Positions 21,193 to 30,188 of a stretch of DNA of 64,000 bases are shown piece after piece. The stretch covers positions 1 to 64,000 of the forward strand of contig JBGAQA010000016.1 of NCBI GenBank assembly GCA_044220955.1. The letters are read 5' to 3'. The position numbers and the translations under genes were made by a program. Under the pieces are notes generated by a model that saw only the letters and a list, made by a program, of their open reading frames with translations, was not told the DNA's origin and did not search any database. Source of the stretch: Sandaracinaceae bacterium. GTDB taxonomy: Bacteria > Myxococcota_A > Polyangia > Polyangiales > Sandaracinaceae. The stretch's first letter is position 1. Each line of letters begins with the position of its first letter.

Positions 21193-22751
21193 TGCCCTTC
21201 CTCGAAGCCCACCTGCTCTCGATCACCGTCGCCGCCCCCGCGGTGGCCGCGCTCGTGCTGCTCTTCCTCGACGACGCCCGGAAGACGGCCGTGCGTGTCG
21301 TCTCGCTCGCCGGCTCGCTCGTCTCGCTCGCCGGGGCGGTGGTCCTCGCGTTCCGCTTCGACCTCGACGCCGGCGGTCTCTCGCACGCCGAGCGCTATCC
21401 GCTCGTGCCCTCGCTGGGCATCGAGCTCTCGTTCGCGGCCGATGGCTGGAGCGTCGCGCTCCTGCTCCTCACCGGCATCATCATCACGGCGGGCGTCCTC
21501 GCGTCGTGGACGGTCGAGCACCGCGCGCGCGAGTTCTTCGTGCTGCTGCTCGTGCTCGTCGCCGGCGTCCTGGGCGTGTTCGTCTCGCAGGATCTCTTCG
21601 TCTTCTTCCTCTTCTACGAGATCGCCGTGCTGCCGATGTACCTGCTCATCGGCATCTGGGGCAGCAAGGGCAAGGTCGAGGCCAAGGGACCCTTCGCGTT
21701 CGTGTGGAAGCGCTTCGACGTCGGCGGCCGCGAGTACGCCGCGATGAAGCTGACCCTGATGCTGCTCGTCGGCTCGGCGGCGATCCTCGTGGTGCTCTTC
21801 GCCCTCTACGCGAGCGCCGGGCAGCACAGCTTCGACCTCGTGGTGCTCGGCCGGGCGCGCTACCCGCGCGAGCTGCAGCTCTGGGCCTTCCCCCTCCTCT
21901 GGCTCGGGTTCGGCTCGCTCGCGGGCGTCTTCCCGTTCCACACCTGGTCGCCCGACGGACACGCCGCGGCGCCGACGGCCGTCTCGATGCTGCACGCGGG
22001 GGTGCTCATGAAGCTCGGCGCGTTCGGCGTGCTGCGCGTCGGCATGCTGCTCCTGCCCGAGGGAGCCGCCGCGTGGGCCCCGGCGGTCGGCGCGGTCGCC
22101 GTCGTGAACGTGCTCTACGGCGCGCTCTCGGCGATGAGCCAGAAGGATCTCAAGTACGTCATCGCGTACTCGTCGGTCAGCCACATGGGCATCGTCATGC
22201 TCGGCGCCGCGACGATGACCGTCGACGGCTGGAACGGCGCCGTCTACCAGATGTTCGCCCACGGCATGATGACGGGCCTCTTCTTCGCGCTCGTCGGGCT
22301 CGTCTACGAGCGCGCGCACTCGCGCTGGGTGCCCTCGATGGGCGGCTTCGCCAGGAAGATGCCCTTCGTCGCCGCGTTCTTCGTCCTCGCGGGGCTCTCG
22401 TCCTTGGGCCTGCCCGGGCTCGCGGGGTTCGTCGCGGAGTTCCTCGTGTTCCTCGGCGCATGGCAGAGCGACCACGCGTGGTGGGCCATCCCCGGCATCC
22501 TCGGCGCCTGGGTCACCGCGATCTACGTGCTCCGCGCGGCGCGCACGATCTTCTTCGGGGAGGGCCCGCCGGAGGCGTTCCACGACCTCTCGGATCCGCG
22601 GCGCACCGAGTGGCTCGCGCTCTGGGGGCTCGCCATCTGCCTGATCGTCTTCGGCTCCTGGCCGCGCCTGATCCTCGACTTCGTCCACGTCGCGACGGTC
22701 GAGTACCTGGGCGCGCTGCCTCGTGCCGTGCACCTCGCGGTGGCCCCATGA
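21192..22751 (+). CDS. nuoM: Complex I subunit M
   Basis: FYEIAVLPMY, PFHTWSPDGH, LMKLG, AYSSVSHMG, GLPGLAGFVAEF. Confidence 0.95.
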   Translation: MPFLEAHLLSITVAAPAVAALVLLFLDDARKTAVRVVSLAGSLVSLAGAVVLAFRFDLDAGGLSHAERYPLVPSLGIELSFAADGWSVALLLLTGIIITAGVLASWTVEHRAREFFVLLLVLVAGVLGVFVSQDLFVFFLFYEIAVLPMYLLIGIWGSKGKVEAKGPFAFVWKRFDVGGREYAAMKLTLMLLVGSAAILVVLFALYASAGQHSFDLVVLGRARYPRELQLWAFPLLWLGFGSLAGVFPFHTWSPDGHAAAPTAVSMLHAGVLMKLGAFGVLRVGMLLLPEGAAAWAPAVGAVAVVNVLYGALSAMSQKDLKYVIAYSSVSHMGIVMLGAATMTVDGWNGAVYQMFAHGMMTGLFFALVGLVYERAHSRWVPSMGGFARKMPFVAAFFVLAGLSSLGLPGLAGFVAEFLVFLGAWQSDHAWWAIPGILGAWVTAIYVLRAARTIFFGEGPPEAFHDLSDPRRTEWLALWGLAICLIVFGSWPRLILDFVHVATVEYLGALPRAVHLAVAP

Positions 22752-24214
22752 TCGCGCCGACCCTCGACGACCTCCGGCCGCTCGTCTTCGCGCTGATGCT
22801 GCTCGGTGCGGCGCTGGTCGTGTTCTTCGTCGATCTCGCGCTGCCGCACGGCCGCAAGCGCGGCGTCGGCGTGCTGACCGCCGCGTGCATGGCGCTCGCC
22901 TTCGCCGCCACCTTCGTCATCGACGCGCGCGGCACGGCGTTCGGCGGCGCGTACGTCGGCACGGCGTGGGGACTGCTCTTCACGCGCATCGCGCTCGCCG
23001 CGGGCACGCTGGCCACGCTCGGCGCGATCGACCACGTCGACGCCCACTTCCCCTCGCGACAGGGCGAGTACCACCAGCTCGTCCTGTTCAGCGTCCTCGG
23101 CATGGCGCTCCTGCCCGGGGCGCGCGACCTGCTGCTCTTCGTCGTGTGCTTCGAGCTGATGGGCGTGCCGCTCTCCATGCTCGCCGCGTACGGCAAGTCG
23201 GACGGCGGCAAGAGCGGCGAGCACGCGTCGCGCCACGCCGCCGAGGCGGGGATCAAGCTCTACCTGGTCAGCGCGGCGAGCACGGCGATCACGCTCTTCG
23301 GCCTCTCCCTCGTGGTGGGGCTCTCGGGCACGACCTCGCTCGCGCGCATCGCCGAGGCGCACGGCTCGCCGCTCTTCGCGGTCGGCATGCTGATGACCAT
23401 CCTGGGCCTCGCCTTCAAGATCGGCGCGGTGCCCTTCCACTTCTGGGTGCCGGACACGTATCAGGGGGCCTCGACACCGTTCGTGGCGTTCCTCTCCGTC
23501 GCGCCGAAGGCCAGCGGCTTCGCGGCCCTCGCCGCGCTCGCGGGGATCGCGTTCCTTCCTGCACGGCAGACGCTGGGCGTGATCCTCTCGCTCCTCGTCG
23601 TCGCCTCGATCGCCGTCGGCAACCTGATGGCGCTGCCCCAGAAGGACGTGAAGCGCATGCTCGCGTTCTCGGGCATCGCCCAGGTCGGCTACGTGCTGAT
23701 GGGCCTGCTCGCCGGGACGGAGCTCGGTCTCGGCACCGTGCTCTTCTACCTGGTCGGCTACGTGGCGACGAACATGGGTGCGTTCCTCGTGCTCGAGGCC
23801 GTGGCGCCCGATCGCGCGAGCGTCACGCTCGAAGACCTCGAGGGGCTGTGGAAGCGCTCGCCGCGCCTCTCCTTCGCGATGCTGCTCTTCCTGCTCTCGC
23901 TCGCGGGGATCCCCTTCGTCGTCGGCTTCTGGGCGAAGCTCTACGTGTTCCTGGCCGTCTACGAGGCCGGCTACCGCGGACTCGTGCTCTTCGGCGCGCT
24001 CATGGCGATCGTCTCGCTCTGGTACTACCTGCAGATCGCGCGCGCGATGTTCATGGGCGAGCCGAAGGGCGGATCGCCGACCGTGCGCCCGGCGCTCGCG
24101 GCCGCGATCGCGATCTGCCTCTTCGGCGTGGTCGCGATCGGCGCTTGGCCGGCGCCGTTCATCGAGAGCACCGCGTCCGCAGCGGCCGCCCTGACGTCTC
24201 CGGGCGGCCGCTGA
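22748..24214 (+). CDS. nuoN: Complex I subunit N
   Basis: EAGIKLY, FKIGAVPFHFWVPDTYQG, KRMLAFS, SLAGIP. Confidence 0.95.
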   Translation: MIAPTLDDLRPLVFALMLLGAALVVFFVDLALPHGRKRGVGVLTAACMALAFAATFVIDARGTAFGGAYVGTAWGLLFTRIALAAGTLATLGAIDHVDAHFPSRQGEYHQLVLFSVLGMALLPGARDLLLFVVCFELMGVPLSMLAAYGKSDGGKSGEHASRHAAEAGIKLYLVSAASTAITLFGLSLVVGLSGTTSLARIAEAHGSPLFAVGMLMTILGLAFKIGAVPFHFWVPDTYQGASTPFVAFLSVAPKASGFAALAALAGIAFLPARQTLGVILSLLVVASIAVGNLMALPQKDVKRMLAFSGIAQVGYVLMGLLAGTELGLGTVLFYLVGYVATNMGAFLVLEAVAPDRASVTLEDLEGLWKRSPRLSFAMLLFLLSLAGIPFVVGFWAKLYVFLAVYEAGYRGLVLFGALMAIVSLWYYLQIARAMFMGEPKGGSPTVRPALAAAIAICLFGVVAIGAWPAPFIESTASAAAALTSPGGR

Positions 24215-24222
24215 GATCGAGA

Positions 24223-24262
24223 CCCCGGGCCGTGTAGCCGCGCCGCCGCACACGGGCCGGGG
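24223..24262. terminator. GC-rich hairpin after nuoN
   Basis: CCCCGGGCCGTGT...ACACGGGCCGGGG (one mismatch). Confidence 0.35.
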
Positions 24263-24325
24263 ACGTCCTCCCTTTCCGATTCGCCGAGACCCGACCGAGC
24301 CGATAGAGTGCCGCCAGGCTCCGAC

Positions 24326-24994
24326 GTGTCCGATCTCCTTCACGAGCTCCAAGCGGAGCACGCGCTCATCGACGCGGTGCTCGGCTCGCTGCGCACCTAC
24401 GTGTCGCGACGCGTGCGTGACGGGCTCTCGCCGGACGACGCGGCGGGCTTCCTGCGCTTCTTCCGGCTCTACGCGGGTCGATTCCACCACGCGCGAGAAG
24501 AGGACGTGCTCTTCCGAGCGCTCGTCGACGGCGCGGGGCTTCCCGAGGACCGCGGCCCGATCGCGATCATCGTGCGGGAGCACCACGAGCTCGGCGCGAT
24601 CCTCGACGCGCTCGCACCACTGCTCACGGCACGGGCGCTCGGCCCGGGCGAGCGAGACGAGCTCGAGGCGCTCGCCCTCCGCTACTCGCACGGCCTCTGG
24701 CACCACATCGACGCCGAGAACTCGGTGCTCTTCCCGGAAGGCGGAGAGCGTCTGCGCCGCGCACACCTCGGCCCGCTCGTCTCTCGCGCGCCCGACGCGG
24801 AGGAAGACGCCGCGCGAGCCGAGGGCGTCGCGCTCGTCGCGCGGTACCCGCCGCTCTTCGACGCCGACGTGATCCGCGGCGAGGGCTGCGTGCATTGCCC
24901 CTCGTACGGCGTCACGTGCGACGGGCTCGAGCGCGAGTGGTGGACCGAGCACGAGTGGGACGAGCTCGACGATCGCGCGAAGAACTCCGAGTGA
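24326..24994 (+). CDS. Hemerythrin domain protein with C-terminal Cys motif
   Basis: AEH, HHAREE, REHH, HIDAENSVLFP; tail CVHCPSYGVTC. Confidence 0.82.
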   Translation: MSDLLHELQAEHALIDAVLGSLRTYVSRRVRDGLSPDDAAGFLRFFRLYAGRFHHAREEDVLFRALVDGAGLPEDRGPIAIIVREHHELGAILDALAPLLTARALGPGERDELEALALRYSHGLWHHIDAENSVLFPEGGERLRRAHLGPLVSRAPDAEEDAARAEGVALVARYPPLFDADVIRGEGCVHCPSYGVTCDGLEREWWTEHEWDELDDRAKNSE

Positions 24995-25120
24995 AGGGCC
25001 GTCGCGCTCTCCCTGCGCGGGTGACCGAGCGCGCGGCGCGGACGCAGGATCGAAGCGCGCTCGCTCGGCCGTGACGAGCCGCACCGTGCCGGGCGAGGTT
25101 CGCGCTACGCTGCGCCGTCC

Positions 25121-26671
25121 GTGCTCCGCGTCGGTGAGACCGTCGGTCCCTACGAGATCCTCGCGCGCCTGAAGGCGGGCGGGATGGCGACGCTCTTCGT
25201 CGGGCAGAAGCGTGGCGCCGCCGGGTTCGCCCGGCACGTCGCGATCAAGGTCGTGCACGAGCACCTCGCGACGGACGAGGAGTTCGTCCGCATGTTCGTG
25301 GACGAGGCGTTGCTCCAGGCGCGCATCCACCATCCGAACGTCGTGCACGTCGAGGAGCTGGGCGAGGTGCCGGGCGAGCCGGGCGCCCCGCCCGTCCACT
25401 ACCTCGTGATGGAGTACGTGTACGGCTGCTCGCTCTCGCAGGTGATGGACGCGCTCGCCCGGCGCGACCGCCGCCTCTCGCCCGAGCTCGCCGTGCACGT
25501 CGCCATCCAGACGCTCGCGGGCCTGCACGCGGCGCACGAGCTCAAGGACGAGAAGGGCGCGCCGCTCGGCGTCGTACACCGGGATGTGTCGCCGCAGAAC
25601 GTGCTCCTGGCGTACGAGGGCCACGTGAAGCTCATCGACTTCGGCGTGGCCAAGGCGCGCAACCGCTCGCAGCAGACGACGGGCGCGAGCATCAAGGGCA
25701 AGATCCGCTACATGCCGCCCGAGCAGGCGAGCGGTGGGCGCGCGATCGACCGGCGTGCCGACGTGTACGCGCTCGGGATCGTGCTCTGGGAGATGCTCGC
25801 GTTCCGCAAGCTCTTCGGCGCCAAGGACGACCTCGTCCTGCTCGATCAGGTGCGGAATCCGAAGATCGTGCCGCCCAGCCGCTTCAGCAAGGAGGTGCCT
25901 CCCGAGGTCGATCGCGTGGTCATGAAGGCCCTCGCGCCCCGGCCGGAGGATCGGTGGGCCACGGCGCAGGACTTCCGGCGCGCGCTCGCGGAGGCGATGC
26001 CGAAGGCGATGCTGCTCGACGCCTCGCACGTCGCGGACCTGCTCGTCGCCGTGATGAGCGAGCAGATGCAGAAGGACCGCGAGGCGCTGCCCTCGCAGCT
26101 CTCGGCGGTCGTCGCGAACGACGCGCGCCGCGAGTCGGTGCAGGCGGACGAGGCGATCCACACGATGACCATCAGCGCGGCGGGGGCGCAGTACCTCGCG
26201 GACCTCCCGGTCGAGGTCGAGGCGCCCGTCGACGGGGCGCGTGCGGCGCCTTTCGCAGCGCCACCGCCGGACGCCCCCGCGGCGGAGCTCGGCGCGACGC
26301 CCGCGCGCGCGGCGGAGCCTCCGCGCCAGCGTCTCCCGATCGTGCTCGGCGCGGTGGCGGTCCTCTTGGCGTGCCTCGCGGCCGGGGCCTGGTACGTGAC
26401 CCGTCAGGCAACCGAGCCGATCGCGACGAGTCTGGCGCCCGCGACGACGGTGCCCGCGACGACGGTGCCCGCGACGACGGTGCCCGCGACGACGGTGCCC
26501 GCGACGACGGTGCCCGCGACGACGGTGCCCGCGGCCCCGGCGGTCTCGGTCGCGCCCTCGCCGCCGGCTGCCGATCCCCGGGTCCCTGGCCGGCACGGCC
26601 CCGCCCGCCGCGCTCCTTCGACCTCGTCAGCCCCCGGGGCGAGCAGCGTCCCGCTCGCCGACGAGTGGTAG
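25121..26671 (+). CDS. Eukaryotic-like Ser/Thr protein kinase with a TM helix
   Basis: GGMATL, VAIK, HRDVSPQN, DFG, YMPPEQ. Confidence 0.93.
   Translation: MLRVGETVGPYEILARLKAGGMATLFVGQKRGAAGFARHVAIKVVHEHLATDEEFVRMFVDEALLQARIHHPNVVHVEELGEVPGEPGAPPVHYLVMEYVYGCSLSQVMDALARRDRRLSPELAVHVAIQTLAGLHAAHELKDEKGAPLGVVHRDVSPQNVLLAYEGHVKLIDFGVAKARNRSQQTTGASIKGKIRYMPPEQASGGRAIDRRADVYALGIVLWEMLAFRKLFGAKDDLVLLDQVRNPKIVPPSRFSKEVPPEVDRVVMKALAPRPEDRWATAQDFRRALAEAMPKAMLLDASHVADLLVAVMSEQMQKDREALPSQLSAVVANDARRESVQADEAIHTMTISAAGAQYLADLPVEVEAPVDGARAAPFAAPPPDAPAAELGATPARAAEPPRQRLPIVLGAVAVLLACLAAGAWYVTRQATEPIATSLAPATTVPATTVPATTVPATTVPATTVPATTVPAAPAVSVAPSPPAADPRVPGRHGPARRAPSTSSAPGASSVPLADEW
26441..26530 (+). repeat. 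Perfect 15-bp tandem repeat x6 (ATTVP)
   Basis: GCGACGACGGTGCCC repeated six times, in frame. Confidence 0.95.
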
Positions 26672-26689
26672 ATCGGATAGACAGCGCGC

Positions 26690-27343
26690 GTGCTCCCGGT
26701 CTTCTTCATCGTGCTCTCGAGCGCCGCGCTGATCGCGGCGCTCGCGGCCCTCTTCGCGAGCCTGCGCGCCTCGCTCGGCGGGCCGACGGCGGACGCCAGC
26801 TGGGTTCGCGCTTCGCCCGACCGCGGCGCGCTCGAGGACGAGAAGAACGCGCTGCTTCGTGCGCTCAAGGACCTCGAGTACGAGCACGAGGTCGGCAAGA
26901 TCGACGACGAGGACTACGCTCGCCTCGAGCGGGCGTACCGAGCACGCGCCAAGGAAGTGCTCACCGAGCTCGATCGCGACCTCAGGCCCTATCTCTCCCG
27001 CGCCGAGGAGCTGGCCGGCGGTGTCGAGCCCAGGGGCGACAAGAAGGCGAAGAAGAAGAAGAAGGGCGAGGCCCGGCGCCCGAGCGAGGGCATGGTCGAG
27101 ACCAAGGTCGAGAGCGAGAGCGCGACCAAGGTCGAGAGCGAGAGCGAGAGCAAGGTCGAGAGCGAGAGCGCGACCAAGGTCGAGAGCGAGAGCGAGAGCA
27201 AGCTCGACGCCGAGAGCGAGCGCGAGGGCGAGCGCGAGAGCGCGCCTCCGACCTGCCCGAAGTGCTCGACCGTCAACGACGCCGACGCGCGGTTCTGCAA
27301 GAAGTGCGCGACGCCGCTCGCCCCCGCGGAGGCGACGCCATGA
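26690..27343 (+). CDS. Membrane-anchored zinc-ribbon protein (CcmI N-terminus-like segment)
   Basis: N-terminal TM, LKDLEYEHEVGKIDDEDY, C-terminal CPKC...FCKKC. Confidence 0.7.
   Translation: MLPVFFIVLSSAALIAALAALFASLRASLGGPTADASWVRASPDRGALEDEKNALLRALKDLEYEHEVGKIDDEDYARLERAYRARAKEVLTELDRDLRPYLSRAEELAGGVEPRGDKKAKKKKKGEARRPSEGMVETKVESESATKVESESESKVESESATKVESESESKLDAESEREGERESAPPTCPKCSTVNDADARFCKKCATPLAPAEATP
27104..27199 (+). repeat. 24-bp tandem repeat x4 (KVESESAT/KVESESES alternating)
   Basis: AAGGTCGAGAGCGAGAGC(GCGACC/GAGAGC), i.e. a 48-bp unit duplicated. Confidence 0.9.
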
Positions 27344-28731
27344 CGCGCGTGCTCCTGCTCCTCGGCGCGCTCGCGCTCGTCGTCATGCCCGCGCGTGCGC
27401 AGCCGCCCGACGAGCTGCCTTCCGGGCATCCCCCGTTCGCGCCTCCCGCTTCCGCGGCCGACGAGCTGCCGCCGGGTCATCCGCCGCTCCCCCCCGACGA
27501 GCTTCCGCCCGGTCACCCTGCCGTTGCGCCGGACGAGCTGCCGCCGGGTCACCCGCATCTCGACGACGGCGGCGGCGATCCTCACGGCGACGGTGCGAGC
27601 GGCGGGCAGGCCGACTTCTCCCGCGCGATGGCGCCGCCGATGGTCGCGTCGGGCGTCGAGTCCGACGAGGTCCCCGCCGGCTCGATCCGAGTCACGGTCG
27701 TCGACGCCGCCGGGCATCCGCAGGCGGGCGCCGAGGTCCAGCTCGGCATCATGCGCCAGGGCGGCGATCGCGAGCGCACGCCGGGCACGACCGGCGCCGA
27801 CGGCGTGTACACGTACACGGACCTTCCCACCGGCACGGGCCAGGCGTACCGCGTGAACGTGCCCTTCGAGGGCGCGACCTACAGCTCGACACCCTTCCAG
27901 CTCCCGCCGACGCGCGGATACGCGGTTCGCATCACGCGCCTGCCGACCTCGCACGACCAGCGCCTGCTCCTGATGGTCATCGGGCAGACGTTCGTGGAGA
28001 TCCACGAGGAGCGGCTCCACGTCGTCGAGGAGATCCAGCTCTCGAACCTCGGCGACGCGACGTACGTCTTCCCCGAGGGCGGGCTCGCCATGCACCTGCC
28101 GGAGGGATGGCTCGCCTTCCAGACGCAGCCGGTGATGACCGACCAGCACGTGAGCGAGGTCCCGGACGAGGGCGTCGCCATCCACGGCTCGCTCCCGCCG
28201 GGCCGCGTCACGCTCGCGTTCGCCTTCGATCTCCCCATCACGGGCAGCGACATGAGCTTCGAGATCTCGCTCCCGATCCGCACCTACATCTACCGTGTGG
28301 TCGTGGATGCGCCGGAGGGATTGCGGCTCGACGTCGACGGGATGCCCCGTGCCATCCGCTTCGAGGACCAGGGCCGCTCGCTGCTCGGGACCGAGATCGA
28401 GCGGCAGCCGGGCGACCCGCAGCTCCAGCACCTGGTCGTCTCCCTGCACGGGATTCCCGGGCCGGGACCGCTGCGCTGGATCGCGCTGGCGATCGCGGCC
28501 GTGATCGTCCTCGGGGGCGTTTTCTTCGCGGCGCGGGGCGGCGAGCCGGGCGGCGTCACGTCGGAGGCCGCGTATCTCCAGCGAAAGAAGGAGCTGCTCG
28601 ACGAGCTCCGGGTCCTCGAGGCCGAGTACGCGGCCGGCGAGGTCGGGCCGGCCTTCCGTCAGTCGCAGCGATCGGCCATCGTCAGGTCTCTGGCGGCGCT
28701 GCTCCACGAGCACGACCGCGCGAAACGATAG
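27340..28731 (+). CDS. Exported membrane-anchored protein with DELPPGHP repeats and a carboxypeptidase-regulatory-like domain
   Basis: Signal peptide ending ARA, four DELP(P/S)GHP repeats, beta-sandwich region, C-terminal TM; ATGA overlap. Confidence 0.7.
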   Translation: MTRVLLLLGALALVVMPARAQPPDELPSGHPPFAPPASAADELPPGHPPLPPDELPPGHPAVAPDELPPGHPHLDDGGGDPHGDGASGGQADFSRAMAPPMVASGVESDEVPAGSIRVTVVDAAGHPQAGAEVQLGIMRQGGDRERTPGTTGADGVYTYTDLPTGTGQAYRVNVPFEGATYSSTPFQLPPTRGYAVRITRLPTSHDQRLLLMVIGQTFVEIHEERLHVVEEIQLSNLGDATYVFPEGGLAMHLPEGWLAFQTQPVMTDQHVSEVPDEGVAIHGSLPPGRVTLAFAFDLPITGSDMSFEISLPIRTYIYRVVVDAPEGLRLDVDGMPRAIRFEDQGRSLLGTEIERQPGDPQLQHLVVSLHGIPGPGPLRWIALAIAAVIVLGGVFFAARGGEPGGVTSEAAYLQRKKELLDELRVLEAEYAAGEVGPAFRQSQRSAIVRSLAALLHEHDRAKR

Positions 28732-28830
28732 CCGACATGGGGCGATAGCGATCCCGGTCAGCGTGGTGCTGGCCTGTGTGGACGGGGCCGACGGCCGAGG
28801 TCGGCGGCTCCGTGGAGAGAGGAGCGAGTC

Positions 28831-29433
28831 ATGGCGTCTGAAGGTCTGAACAAGGTGATGCTGATCGGTAACCTCGGGGCGGACCCCGAGCTCAAGTTCA
28901 CGCAAGGGGGGCAGGCCGTGCTCTCGCTGCGCCTGGCGACGACGGAGCGATACGTCAGCAAGGGCGGCGAGCGGCAGGAGCGGACCGAGTGGCACTCGGT
29001 GGTCATCTGGGGAAACCGGGCGGAGGCGCTGAACAAGTTCCTCGCCAAGGGCCGCACCATCTACGTCGAGGGGCGCCTGCAGACGCGCTCGTGGGAAGAC
29101 AAGAAGGACGGAAGCAAGCGCTACAAGACCGAGATCAACGCGACGCAGATCCTGCTCCTCGGCGGTGGCCGCGGCGGCGGTGGAGGCGGTGAGGACTTCG
29201 GCGGCGAGGGCGGCGGCGGCGGCGAGCGCGGCGGCGGCGGTCGCGGCGGCGGCGGCTACGGCGGCGGTCGCGGCGGCAGTGGCGGTGGTGGTGGTGGTGG
29301 CGGTGGTGGCGGTGGCGGCCCGAGCGGCGGTGGCGGCCCGAGCGGCGGTGGCGGCGGTGGTGGCGGCGACGACTTCGGCGGCGGTGGCGGCGATGCCCCG
29401 CCCGACTTCGGCGACGACGACATTCCGTTCTGA
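28831..29433 (+). CDS. ssb: Single-stranded DNA-binding protein
   Basis: LNKVMLIGNLGADPE, TEWH, VEGRLQTRSW, Gly-rich linker, DDDIPF tail. Confidence 0.97.
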   Translation: MASEGLNKVMLIGNLGADPELKFTQGGQAVLSLRLATTERYVSKGGERQERTEWHSVVIWGNRAEALNKFLAKGRTIYVEGRLQTRSWEDKKDGSKRYKTEINATQILLLGGGRGGGGGGEDFGGEGGGGGERGGGGRGGGGYGGGRGGSGGGGGGGGGGGGGPSGGGGPSGGGGGGGGDDFGGGGGDAPPDFGDDDIPF

Positions 29434-29436
29434 TCG

Positions 29437-30174
29437 ATGGCGCGGCAGCGCGCGGACGTCCTGCTCGTGGAGCGCGGCCTCGCGCCGAGCCGCGAGCGGG
29501 CGCGCGCGCTCGTCATGGCGGGCAAGGTGTTCCTCGGGCAGCGGCGCGTCGAGAAGGCCGGCGATCTGCTCGCTGGCGACGCCGCGCTCGAGGTGCGAGG
29601 CGAGGACCTGCCCTACGTCTCGCGCGGCGGCGTGAAGCTCGCGGGCGCGCTGGACGCGCTCGGCGTCGATCCGCGCGGGCGCGTGGTCGCGGACTTCGGA
29701 GCGTCCACGGGAGGCTTCACCGACTGCGTGCTGCAGCGCGGCGCGCTGCGGGTGTACGCGATCGACGTCGGGCGCGGGCAGCTGCACGAGAAGCTCCGCC
29801 AGGACCCGCGCGTGATCTCGATGGAGAAGACGAACGCGCGTGCTCTCGCGGCGGCGAGCCTCCCCGAGCGGGTCGGGCTCGTCGTGATCGACGCGTCGTT
29901 CATCGGCCTCGGCAAGCTCTTGCCCGCGGCGTGCGCGGTCCTCGACGAGGGGGGCGAGATCCTCGCGATGGTGAAGCCGCAGTTCGAGGTCGGTCCCAAG
30001 GGGCTGAGGAAGGGCGTCGTCCGCGACGCCGCGCTGCGTGCGAGCGCGATCGCGGGGGTCGAGGCAGAGGCCCGGGCGCTCGGGCTCGAGGTGCGCGGAG
30101 GCTGCGACTCGGTGCTGCCGGGCCCCGACGGGAACCTGGAGGCGTTCCTCCACCTCGTGCCCACCTCCGCCTGA
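29437..30174 (+). CDS. tlyA: TlyA-family rRNA methyltransferase
   Basis: S4-like N-terminus, YVSRGGVKL, DFGASTGGFTD, VKPQFE, GNLE. Confidence 0.93.
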   Translation: MARQRADVLLVERGLAPSRERARALVMAGKVFLGQRRVEKAGDLLAGDAALEVRGEDLPYVSRGGVKLAGALDALGVDPRGRVVADFGASTGGFTDCVLQRGALRVYAIDVGRGQLHEKLRQDPRVISMEKTNARALAAASLPERVGLVVIDASFIGLGKLLPAACAVLDEGGEILAMVKPQFEVGPKGLRKGVVRDAALRASAIAGVEAEARALGLEVRGGCDSVLPGPDGNLEAFLHLVPTSA

Positions 30175-30188
30175 GCAACGCTCGGCAG

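Noticed and set aside
22523..26596. 1357-aa minus-strand ORF and other very long Arg/Ala-rich ORFs (e.g. 26989-30276, 45773-49324, 57615-60686)
   Set aside because: Shadow frames caused by high GC and scarce stops; they overlap genes with clear motifs and have none of their own
26441..27199. CRISPR array
   Set aside because: Repeats are contiguous, in frame and without unique spacers; no cas genes
29160..29400. GGC/GGT microsatellite
   Set aside because: It is simply the Gly-rich linker of SSB
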